Assembly: GCA_964459375.1 (NCBI GenBank)
Contig: CAYWLJ010000003.1
Span: forward strand, 79,236-143,235
DNA: 64,000 bases
DNA from: an uncultured Lentimicrobiaceae bacterium
Lineage (GTDB): Bacteria; Bacteroidota; Bacteroidia; Bacteroidales; F082
Direction of reading: 5' to 3'
The notes beneath the pieces are model-generated. The model saw nothing but the letters and a program-made list of their open reading frames with translations, did not search any database and had not been told where the DNA came from. The position numbers were made by a program, and so were the translations under genes. Below are positions 17,763 through 25,502 of the stretch, piece by piece (position 1 is the stretch's first letter; each line of letters opens with the position of its first letter).

Positions 17763-19436
17763 TCAACCTGCCTGATACGATCGGGCATGCACGCCAGCTA
17801 CGGCACGGCCCGAGGGGTCAATCATGTTTTTGAAAGCGGGGTCCCAGGCCAGGGCTTCGGGTGTGCTGCAGGCTACAGAGGGTACTGATGGAACTGTGGC
17901 TGCAGCGGTATCGGATGGAAAATGTTCGCTGAAGATGGTGCGATAGTAATACTCCTCCTTGGTTTGGGGAGTGTTGACTGGAAAACGGAAGCGTGCATTG
18001 ACCAATTGTTCGTCGGACACCTGTTCGCTAACGAGTTTTTTCAAGCTGTCGATCCAGTTGTAGCCCACGCCGTCGGAAAATTGTTCTTTCTGGCGCCAGG
18101 CCACCTCGCTGGGCAGGTAATCTTCGAAGGCCTTGCGGAGCACCCATTTCTCGATGCGGCCGTTGCCGGGTTTTTTATCGGCCGGATTGAGCCGCATGGC
18201 CACATCCAGAAACTCTTTGTCAAGGAAGGGCACCCGACCTTCCACGCCCCAGGCCGCCAGTGATTTGTTGGCGCGAAGGCAGTCGTATAGGTGCAGCTTG
18301 CTGAGCTTGCGCACCGTTTCCTCGTGAAATGCCTCAGGGTTGGGAGCCTTATGGAAGTAGAGGTATCCGCCGAAGACCTCGTCGGCACCTTCGCCCGAAA
18401 GCACCATCTTGATGCCCATCGATTTGATCACCCTGGCCAGAAGGTACATGGGCGTGGAAGCCCTGACGGTGGTCACATCGTAGGTTTCGATGTGGTAAAT
18501 CACATCGCGTATGGCATCCAGACCTTCTTGCACGGTATAGTGGATTTCGTGGTGAACAGTGCCCAGATGGTCGGCTACTTTACGTGCAGCTGCCAGATCG
18601 GGCGATCCTTCCAGCCCAATGGCAAAGCTGTGCAGGCGGGGCCACCATGCTGTCTGCTGGTCGCCGCTTTCGATGCGTTTGGGCGCAAAACGGCTGGCAA
18701 TGGCCGAAATGATGGATGAATCTAATCCTCCTGAGAGTAAAACGCCGTAAGGCACATCCGACATCAACTGACGATGAACGGTTGCCTCAAGGGCCAGGCG
18801 CAATTGCTCCAGATCGGTTGTGCTGTCTTTCACGGCATCGTAACTGGACCAGTCGCGCTCATACCAACGCACCATCTTGCCCTCAGGGCTATGGTAATAG
18901 TGACCGGGAGGGAAGCTTTCGATGCGGTTGCATACGCCTTCGAGGGCTTTCAGCTCTGAAGCCGTGTAATAGTTACCAAGCTTGTCCCAACCAATATAGA
19001 GCGGGATGATGCCGATATGGTCGCGCGCTATGAGGTAGGTATTGTTGCGGCTGTCGTAAAGGGAAAAGGCAAAGATGCCATTGAGTTCATTGAGAAAACC
19101 GACGCCTTTTTCTTCGTACAGCGCAAGAATCACCTCGCAGTCCGACTGAGTACGGAACTTATAGGGTCGGCTGAGGGTTTTGCGCAGCTCCATATGGTTA
19201 TAAATCTCGCCGTTCACGGCAAGAACCACAGTTTTATCCTCGTTGTAAAGCGGCTGACCACCCGAGATGGGATCGACTATGGCTAGGCGTTCGTGGGCCA
19301 TAATCACACGCTCGCCCGCATAAATCCCCGACCAGTCGGGCCCGCGGTGGCGCACTTTCTTCGACATATCGAGAATCTGGGGCCTGAATGCCTGCGTGTC
19401 GCCCTTCAGGTCAAAAACACATACGATTCCACACAT
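17763..19436 (-). CDS. asnB: asparagine synthase (glutamine-hydrolysing)
   Basis: N-terminal MCGIVCVFDLKG (catalytic Cys2 after Met removal) fixes the start at 19436, not the track's 19529. SGGLDSS PP-loop. Length about 557 aa. Confidence 0.92.
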   Translation of the reverse strand: MCGIVCVFDLKGDTQAFRPQILDMSKKVRHRGPDWSGIYAGERVIMAHERLAIVDPISGGQPLYNEDKTVVLAVNGEIYNHMELRKTLSRPYKFRTQSDCEVILALYEEKGVGFLNELNGIFAFSLYDSRNNTYLIARDHIGIIPLYIGWDKLGNYYTASELKALEGVCNRIESFPPGHYYHSPEGKMVRWYERDWSSYDAVKDSTTDLEQLRLALEATVHRQLMSDVPYGVLLSGGLDSSIISAIASRFAPKRIESGDQQTAWWPRLHSFAIGLEGSPDLAAARKVADHLGTVHHEIHYTVQEGLDAIRDVIYHIETYDVTTVRASTPMYLLARVIKSMGIKMVLSGEGADEVFGGYLYFHKAPNPEAFHEETVRKLSKLHLYDCLRANKSLAAWGVEGRVPFLDKEFLDVAMRLNPADKKPGNGRIEKWVLRKAFEDYLPSEVAWRQKEQFSDGVGYNWIDSLKKLVSEQVSDEQLVNARFRFPVNTPQTKEEYYYRTIFSEHFPSDTAAATVPSVPSVACSTPEALAWDPAFKNMIDPSGRAVAGVHARSYQAG

Positions 19437-19464
19437 AAGCTGCTGGGTTGTTTTTTGCAGGCGC

Positions 19465-19472
19465 AAAATTAA
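19465..19472 (-). promoter_or_regulatory. candidate -7 box (TAATTTTG) for asnB
   Basis: Plus-strand caaaatta, 29 nt upstream of the ATG at 19436. Confidence 0.45.
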
Positions 19473-19961
19473 TATTTCAGCAATAGGGTCACACAACACA
19501 ACAAACAAGGCAGATAGAAAACCGGACAAATAACGGATCCAAAAGCTTGCTTATATTGCGAGGCAACGCAATGGACTGAAATGCGTTTAGACGCAATTAT
19601 CTGTTATCAATCAGTGATATTCGAGCAGTGTCGATATTTTTTGTTACCAAAACCTAATCTGTCTTGCGGATTTCACCTTGAGCACGAATTATTAGACCCA
19701 ATAAACTTGCTGAACCGATGATCAGCAAACATAATCGGTCTGATTTACCGGGTGTAGACAGTTGGAAAGTATTTTGCACGATAAAAAAAATTGACGGGTC
19801 GAGGCCGTAATCTGAACGCAGAACATTTTAAACTTTGTTAACACTTCTAACTTTTTTTAACATTATTTATGTTGAAGCCTCTTCAAATGTTAAATATTTA
19901 TATAGTTGATAATAAAAAACATAAACAATTTAAATGACATATATCAATATATTTTATTGTA

Positions 19962-19969
19962 TAGATTTG
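19962..19969 (+). promoter_or_regulatory. candidate -7 box (TAGATTTG) for the cytochrome cluster
   Basis: The only exact TAnnTTTG on the plus strand in the AT-rich 19.56-20.1 kb region. Implies a roughly 130-nt leader before the ATG at 20108. Confidence 0.3.
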
Positions 19970-20107
19970 GATTCAAGCAATAAAACTTCATGTTTTAGTG
20001 GGCTGGGATTTCTAAAAGCGGTGTTAACATTGCATCTGGAACAAGCTGTATTATTAAAGTGTTCCTGTATAATGAAGAGAATTGAAACCAAAACTTAACT
20101 AATATTT

Positions 20108-21163
20108 ATGAAAAGACAAATGCTTCGACTCAGCATGATGCTTTTGGCAGGTGCCATGGCATTCAGTGCATGCACAAAGGAAGGGCCGATGGGTCTATCG
20201 GGTAAAGATGGTAAAGACGGCAAAGACGGACGCGATGGGCGCGATGGTGTTGACGGCACTGCGGGTTGTATTCAGTGTCACGACAACAGCCAGGTGAACT
20301 TTGCAATCACCGCACAGTGGGAGCGCTCGACGCATGCCACTGGTGGGTTGTTTGTGCGCAACACAAACACCTGTGCCGGTTGCCACACCAGTCAGGGATT
20401 CCGCGAAATCATCCAGACCGGACTTCCGAACACAGCTGCCACTATCAACAATCCGGTTCCGCCGAATTGCTACACCTGTCATAATGTGCACACCACTTTT
20501 ACACCTGCTGACTGGGGGCTTAGCACAACTGCCAACATTACTTTCCGCCTTTTCCCCGACCGCACTCACAATTTTGGAAAAGGTAACCTTTGCGCAAGCT
20601 GTCATCAGCCCCGTCTGCCCAGCCCGATGCCTACCATTGGTGGACCGAATATAAACATTACTTCTGCCACTTGGGGACCTCATTATGGAACAGCAGGGGC
20701 TATTGTATCGGGCAAAGGTGGCTTTGAGCTAGGCACTGGATACACCAACTCGGCCCACGTTAACATGATCGGTCAGAGCTGCGTGGCATGCCACCTCACC
20801 ACAGCAAGTGGAATTAATGGCGGAGGCCACATGATGAACCTCGGCTATACCACAAGCACCGGAACAAAAGCTGTTATTACCACATCCTGCACCACATGCC
20901 ACAGTGATGATACTGCACTCAACACGCTCATTACGACAAAGAGAAATGAAATTGACACCCTCAAGATGCAGCTTGGCGATCGCCTGGTACAGATTGGCAT
21001 GCTCAACCCTACCACCCAGCGCGTTGTTACCGGCACATGGTCAGCAGCACAGGCTGGTGCCTTCATCAATTATATGCTGGTGAAGAACGACAAGGGCGCT
21101 GCATCGCACAATTTCCCTTATGCTAAGAAACTACTTGAAAATTCGCTTGCTGCCATTCAATAA
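20108..21163 (+). CDS. hexahaem c-type cytochrome lipoprotein with collagen-like N-terminal repeat
   Basis: Signal plus lipobox LAGAMAFSAC. Nine Gly-X-Y triplets. Six CxxCH: CIQCH, CAGCH, CYTCH, CASCH, CVACH, CTTCH. Confidence 0.85.
   Translation: MKRQMLRLSMMLLAGAMAFSACTKEGPMGLSGKDGKDGKDGRDGRDGVDGTAGCIQCHDNSQVNFAITAQWERSTHATGGLFVRNTNTCAGCHTSQGFREIIQTGLPNTAATINNPVPPNCYTCHNVHTTFTPADWGLSTTANITFRLFPDRTHNFGKGNLCASCHQPRLPSPMPTIGGPNINITSATWGPHYGTAGAIVSGKGGFELGTGYTNSAHVNMIGQSCVACHLTTASGINGGGHMMNLGYTTSTGTKAVITTSCTTCHSDDTALNTLITTKRNEIDTLKMQLGDRLVQIGMLNPTTQRVVTGTWSAAQAGAFINYMLVKNDKGAASHNFPYAKKLLENSLAAIQ
20183..20266 (+). repeat. collagen-like (Gly-X-Y)9 coding repeat inside the hexahaem gene
   Basis: GPM GLS GKD GKD GKD GRD GRD GVD GTA G. 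The 9-nt DNA periodicity (ggtaaagat ggtaaagac ggcaaagac ggacgcgat gggcgcgat) ends 1 residue before the first CxxCH. Confidence 0.9.
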
Positions 21164-21182
21164 CAGTCTTGCGACCTGAATT

Positions 21183-21218
21183 AAATTGAGCAGGGGCAAT
21201 CCAGTCTCTGCTCAATTT
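21183..21218 (+). terminator. perfect 11-bp hairpin between the hexahaem gene and the next gene (attenuator or partial terminator?)
   Basis: aaattgagcag / ctgctcaattt with a 14-nt loop, 20 nt after the stop at 21163. There is no strong T-run, so its function is uncertain. Confidence 0.35.
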
Positions 21219-21276
21219 CATGTTAAGCCGTTTTTACCTCAAATTCGTAACTTCGTCAATAAATTATAACAAGAAA

Positions 21277-21678
21277 ATGAAATCATTCGGCATTAACTAC
21301 TACAGGGTTTTGTTTGCCGTGATGGCTCTGGTGGCCTCAGCCGCACTCAGCTCGTGTCAGTACGAGTTTATCGAACCCGAGAGGCCAATTATTGACCCCA
21401 CTGTAGAAATCAAGTTTGCTACGGAGATCGCACCCATTTTCAGCAACAACAATGCCTGTACTGCCTGTCACCGCACCGGTGCCACACCTCCCGACCTCAC
21501 AGCCGAAAAGGCCTACAATGCCATTGTTCCTGCCTTTGTAAATACGGCAAACCCCGAACAAAGCAGCATCTATTGGTTTGCTCACCCCAACTCGACCACC
21601 CACAGCTGGAAGAAGTACACCCTTGCCGAAGCGGCACTCATACTTGAATGGATTAAACAAGGTGCCAAGAACAATTAA
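21277..21678 (+). CDS. monohaem lipoprotein, PSCyt1-like cytochrome c domain
   Basis: Start at MKSFGINYY (the track's 21220 start is less likely). Lipobox ALSSC. IAPIFSNNNACTACH ... AEAALILEWIKQGA resembles the Planctomycete cytochrome C (PSCyt1) pattern. Confidence 0.7.
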   Translation: MKSFGINYYRVLFAVMALVASAALSSCQYEFIEPERPIIDPTVEIKFATEIAPIFSNNNACTACHRTGATPPDLTAEKAYNAIVPAFVNTANPEQSSIYWFAHPNSTTHSWKKYTLAEAALILEWIKQGAKNN

Positions 21679-21686
21679 TAAATGCA

Positions 21687-22568
21687 ATGATGAAAGCAAT
21701 TATCAGCACGATTTTATTTTTCATGATTGCCAATGCTGGCATCATAGCTCAGGAGGAACAGCAGGCAGCTAAGCCCAAAGACCGCCCGGTGCGTTCGCCC
21801 TTCGAAAGTGGTTATCTGATTGACAACCAGACAACAGTTATTCCATCGCCTAAAACCCTGGAATATATTATCCAGCATAAGTTTGGCAGTATGAACAACG
21901 GTTTGACTGATCTTTTCGGGATATATGCACCCGGAGCAAACATCCGTATGGGATTGAATTATGTTCCTTACAAGAACGTTCAGGTAGGTTATGGCCTCAC
22001 AAGACTGAATATGTACAGCGACTTTTCGGTAAAGTATACTATCCTGGAACAAACCCGCCGCAATACCACACCTGTTGCAGTGGCCCTGTTTGGCAACATG
22101 GCCATCGATGGACGCAATGAAAAGGTCTATGGCAAAAACTACAGCTTTGCCAACCGTTTTTCCTACTTCAGTCAGCTCATTGTTGGCCGCCGCTTCAACG
22201 ACTGGCTGTCGGTTCAGTGCAATGCCAGCTTTACGCACTATAATGCCACCGATTCGCTCATCGACCACGATAAAATTGCTGTGGGAATCAACGGACGCAT
22301 TAAATTTTCGCCACAATCGAGCATTTTGTTCCAATACGATCATCCCCTGAAAATTAAAGATATAAGTGAGCACAGAGAGTTTACCAAGCCATCAAAACCC
22401 AACCTGGGTGTGGGATGGGAAATAAGAACAAGCACTCACGCGTTTCATATATATGTTTCGTCAGCCGATGGACTTGTTCCGCAGCACAATGCCATGTATA
22501 ACCAGAACGATTTCACGAAGGGCGATATGATGTTCGGATTTTCCATCACCCGCCTGTGGAGCTTTTAA
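21687..22568 (+). CDS. outer-membrane beta-barrel protein, DUF5777-like
   Basis: 293 aa. Signal peptide ...NAGIIAQ. Alternating beta-strand pattern. C-terminal FGFSITRLWSF (aromatic terminal residue typical of OMPs). No CxxCH. DUF number from memory. Confidence 0.65.
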   Translation: MMKAIISTILFFMIANAGIIAQEEQQAAKPKDRPVRSPFESGYLIDNQTTVIPSPKTLEYIIQHKFGSMNNGLTDLFGIYAPGANIRMGLNYVPYKNVQVGYGLTRLNMYSDFSVKYTILEQTRRNTTPVAVALFGNMAIDGRNEKVYGKNYSFANRFSYFSQLIVGRRFNDWLSVQCNASFTHYNATDSLIDHDKIAVGINGRIKFSPQSSILFQYDHPLKIKDISEHREFTKPSKPNLGVGWEIRTSTHAFHIYVSSADGLVPQHNAMYNQNDFTKGDMMFGFSITRLWSF

Positions 22569-22596
22569 ACACGTTTAACCTAATAAAACTTTTAAA

Positions 22597-23010
22597 ATGA
22601 GAAAACTCGTAATTGCAATGGCCGGATTGTTCACACTCGGCCTTCTGGCATTCGCCATGTCTCAGGAACAGAAAAAGGGCGAACCCTGGAAGATCTCAGC
22701 AGAGTACAAAAACAAGAAGAACCCACATACAGTTAATGCTGAATTTCTGAGTATCGGTAAGGATGTATATGCCAAACACTGCCGCTCATGCCACGGAAAC
22801 GCCGGCAAGGGCGATGGCCCCAAGGCACGTAACCTGAAAACACACCCCGGTGATTTTTCGGATGCCAAGTGGCATGCTTCTGTAACCGACGGTGAGGTGT
22901 ATTATATGTCAATCATCGGACGTGACGAAATGCCGAACTATGAATCCAAAATCACGGACGAAGAAGAGCGCTGGGCAATTGTTGTCTATATCCGCAGTAT
23001 GAAGAAATAA
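22597..23010 (+). CDS. class I monohaem cytochrome c
   Basis: 137 aa. Signal peptide. CRSCHGNAGKGDGP haem site and distal GRDEMP Met ligand context. Confidence 0.85.
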   Translation: MRKLVIAMAGLFTLGLLAFAMSQEQKKGEPWKISAEYKNKKNPHTVNAEFLSIGKDVYAKHCRSCHGNAGKGDGPKARNLKTHPGDFSDAKWHASVTDGEVYYMSIIGRDEMPNYESKITDEEERWAIVVYIRSMKK

Positions 23011-23021
23011 ATCGGTTAATT

Positions 23022-23061
23022 TGCTTCACAAGGGAAAGCAAATGGCTTTTCTCTTGTGAAG
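23022..23061 (+). terminator. long imperfect hairpin after the monohaem gene
   Basis: gcttcacaagggaaagc / gcttttctcttgtgaagc (10 perfect outer bp plus an inner arm), followed by acatttatt. Lies 12 nt after the stop at 23010. Confidence 0.5.
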
Positions 23062-23137
23062 CACATTTATTCTGGCATAGGGTTGCCTCATACCTTTACT
23101 GCTGTGATTCACGAATTCTGAACCAATCCCAAAACCT

Positions 23138-24094
23138 ATGACCAAGTATTTTACCTGGCTGGTAGCCTTTATGTTATTCCCATTCAATCTGCTTTTTGCA
23201 CAGCTGACCGTGGATATAGATGGCGAGCCGGCCGGGAAAACAGACAATCAGACTTGTTTCGATTGCCACGGAAAAAAGATATATTCCTACGAAAACCCAG
23301 TCACAGGCCGTATTGAGCGCAAGGCCATGAACCCCAATTTTGTTTTCGACCAACAGGCTTTTTATAGTGGGGTTCACCGCCATTTCCGGTGCACCGATTG
23401 CCATTCTCCTGATTATGAAACGTTTCCGCACAAAGCCGAGCTAAGGCTCGAAGCCAGGTATGGATGTCTGGACTGTCATGGAGGAGATCCTGCCTATGCC
23501 CATTTCCGTTTCGACGAAATTGGAGCAGAGTTCGAGAAAAGTGTGCATTTCGAGCGCCAACAGGAACGTTTCAACTGTTGGAGCTGTCATAATCCACATA
23601 CATACAAGGCTATGACACGAAGCGGTTTCAGAATTAGCGAAATTGTTCAGTACCACAACAATATGTGTGCAAGCTGCCACGACAATCCCGACCGCTTTCA
23701 AACAATCAGTGATAGCCTGAAGCTTCCGCTTGAAAAAATACATGGTTTTCTGCCAAATTTTAAACTGCACTTCAATGCCGTACGATGCATTGAGTGCCAC
23801 ACAGCTACAGCAGACACCATGTGGGTAGCCCACAACATCCTACCCAAAGAAATGGCTGTAAAACGCTGTGTTGAGTGTCATTCGAGCAATTCGCTGCTGA
23901 TGTCGTCGCTCTATAAGTATCAGAACATTGAATCGCGGAGGAGCCGTGGCACGCTTAATGCCATCATCCTCAACGAAGCATATGTGATTGGCGCCAACCG
24001 AAACATCTACCTGAACATTATGAGTATTGTAATTTTCGGCATGACCCTGCTGGGCGTGTTCATCCATATCATCTTCCGAATAAAAAAACCCTGA
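23138..24094 (+). CDS. heptahaem c-type cytochrome with C-terminal membrane anchor
   Basis: Seven CxxCH (CFDCH, CTDCH, CLDCH, CWSCH, CASCH, CIECH, CVECH). N-terminal signal. C-terminal TM helix IYLNIMSIVIFGMTLLGVFIHIIF. Confidence 0.85.
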   Translation: MTKYFTWLVAFMLFPFNLLFAQLTVDIDGEPAGKTDNQTCFDCHGKKIYSYENPVTGRIERKAMNPNFVFDQQAFYSGVHRHFRCTDCHSPDYETFPHKAELRLEARYGCLDCHGGDPAYAHFRFDEIGAEFEKSVHFERQQERFNCWSCHNPHTYKAMTRSGFRISEIVQYHNNMCASCHDNPDRFQTISDSLKLPLEKIHGFLPNFKLHFNAVRCIECHTATADTMWVAHNILPKEMAVKRCVECHSSNSLLMSSLYKYQNIESRRSRGTLNAIILNEAYVIGANRNIYLNIMSIVIFGMTLLGVFIHIIFRIKKP

Positions 24095-24095
24095 C

Positions 24096-24713
24096 ATGGC
24101 CGAAAGATTATACCTCTATCCCGTTTGGCTCCGATTCTGGCATGCCGTAAATGCGCTGATGTTTTTGGCGCTGATTGTCACAGGTATCAGCATGCAATAT
24201 TCCAATCCTGATGCGCCGCTCATCCGTTTTGATCTGGCTGTGCGCTTTCATAATATTGCCGGGGTGATTGTCACATTCAACTATCTGATATTTCTGGCAG
24301 GAAACCTTGCTACCGGCAACGGCCGGCATTACCGCATCCTCTTCGAGGGTTACTTCAGGCGTATTCTTCAGCAAATGGATTACTACCTGCGCGGGCATTT
24401 CAAGGGCGAGAAACCGCCATTCCCCGTTACAGGTGAGCGCAAATTCAACCCATTGCAGCAGGCCACCTATGTGGGCACCATGTATCTGCTGCTGCCACTG
24501 ATCATCATCACCGGTCTTGCGTTGCTTTTCCCTGAAACCATTGCCAACAGGGTTGGTAATTTCAGTGGCATTTACCTGACAGCACTGTTGCATTCAGCCG
24601 TTGGATTCCTGCTTTCCCTTTTTATGGTAATCCATATTTACTTCTCAACCATGGGTGCCACACCCTCGAGCAACTTCAAGGGAATGGCCACTGGCTGGCA
24701 CGAACCACACTGA
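24096..24713 (+). CDS. dihaem cytochrome b membrane subunit (Ni/Fe-hydrogenase/FdnI-type cytochrome b family)
   Basis: 205 aa, 4 TM helices with conserved His (RFWHAVN, VRFHNIAG, LLHSAVG, MVIHIYF). The ATG is 1 nt after the heptahaem stop (tgacatg). Confidence 0.8.
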   Translation: MAERLYLYPVWLRFWHAVNALMFLALIVTGISMQYSNPDAPLIRFDLAVRFHNIAGVIVTFNYLIFLAGNLATGNGRHYRILFEGYFRRILQQMDYYLRGHFKGEKPPFPVTGERKFNPLQQATYVGTMYLLLPLIIITGLALLFPETIANRVGNFSGIYLTALLHSAVGFLLSLFMVIHIYFSTMGATPSSNFKGMATGWHEPH

Positions 24714-24730
24714 GCGTAAGCCATTAGCTT

Positions 24731-24738
24731 TATCTTTG
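24731..24738 (+). promoter_or_regulatory. candidate -7 box (TATCTTTG)
   Basis: 27 nt upstream of the ATG at 24765. Suggests the following lipoprotein gene can be transcribed on its own. Confidence 0.45.
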
Positions 24739-24764
24739 TTGCACTTTACTAAATCATTACACCA

Positions 24765-25499
24765 ATGAACCGACTCATCGTTCTGTTTTTCGCTGTGACC
24801 CTTTTTTCATGCGGTAATCAGCAACCCAAAGTGGAATATGCACTCGACCCCAATAATACTGCCATTATTGTGTCGGAAGTATTGCAAAGCCCTATGTACA
24901 ATTATGTTCAGGGAAAAATTGACGGCAAGGAAACCTGGATAGCCGTTACAGCCGACGAGGTGGAAACCGGCAAGACCTACTACTTTTCCGAAATGTTGGA
25001 GATGACGGATTTTCATAGCAAGGAATTAGATCGCACTTTCGATCTGATTTTGTTTGTCGGAAACCTGAGCAGCAGGCCTATTCCGGTTACGGCAGCCATT
25101 CAGCATGATCATCAGCACGAAAATCGGCAATCAATGCAGCAAAGCAAAGGTGCTCCGCATCCGAGCCGGCAGGAGGTGACCATCAAACCGGTCGAAGGCA
25201 GCATCAGCTTGCAGGAATTGTGGGAAAAGCGCAAAAGTCTGGCTGGCAAAGTAGTTAAGGTTACTGGTCAGGTGGCTAAGTTCAATCCTGCAATCATGGG
25301 ACGCAACTGGCTGCATATTCAGGATGGAACAGGAAGCGAAGAATTTTTTGACCTCACCATTACCACGCTTGATCTGGCCGAGGTGGGCGATGTGGTAGTG
25401 GTTGAAGGTACAGTGGTGCTGAACAAGGATTTGGGTTCGGGCTATTTTTACGACATACTGCTCGAGGAAACTAAGGTTACTCGCCTGAGCATCTATTAA
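24765..25499 (+). CDS. two-domain lipoprotein with OB-fold-like C-terminal domain
   Basis: Lipobox TLFSC. N-domain YNYVQGKIDGKETWIAV ... DFHSKELDRTFDLILFV. His/Gln-rich linker IQHDHQHENRQ. C-domain GKVVKVTGQVAKFNPAIMGRNWLHIQDGTG ... GDVVVVEGTVV. Confidence 0.6.
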   Translation: MNRLIVLFFAVTLFSCGNQQPKVEYALDPNNTAIIVSEVLQSPMYNYVQGKIDGKETWIAVTADEVETGKTYYFSEMLEMTDFHSKELDRTFDLILFVGNLSSRPIPVTAAIQHDHQHENRQSMQQSKGAPHPSRQEVTIKPVEGSISLQELWEKRKSLAGKVVKVTGQVAKFNPAIMGRNWLHIQDGTGSEEFFDLTITTLDLAEVGDVVVVEGTVVLNKDLGSGYFYDILLEETKVTRLSIY

Positions 25500-25502
25500 A
25501 AG

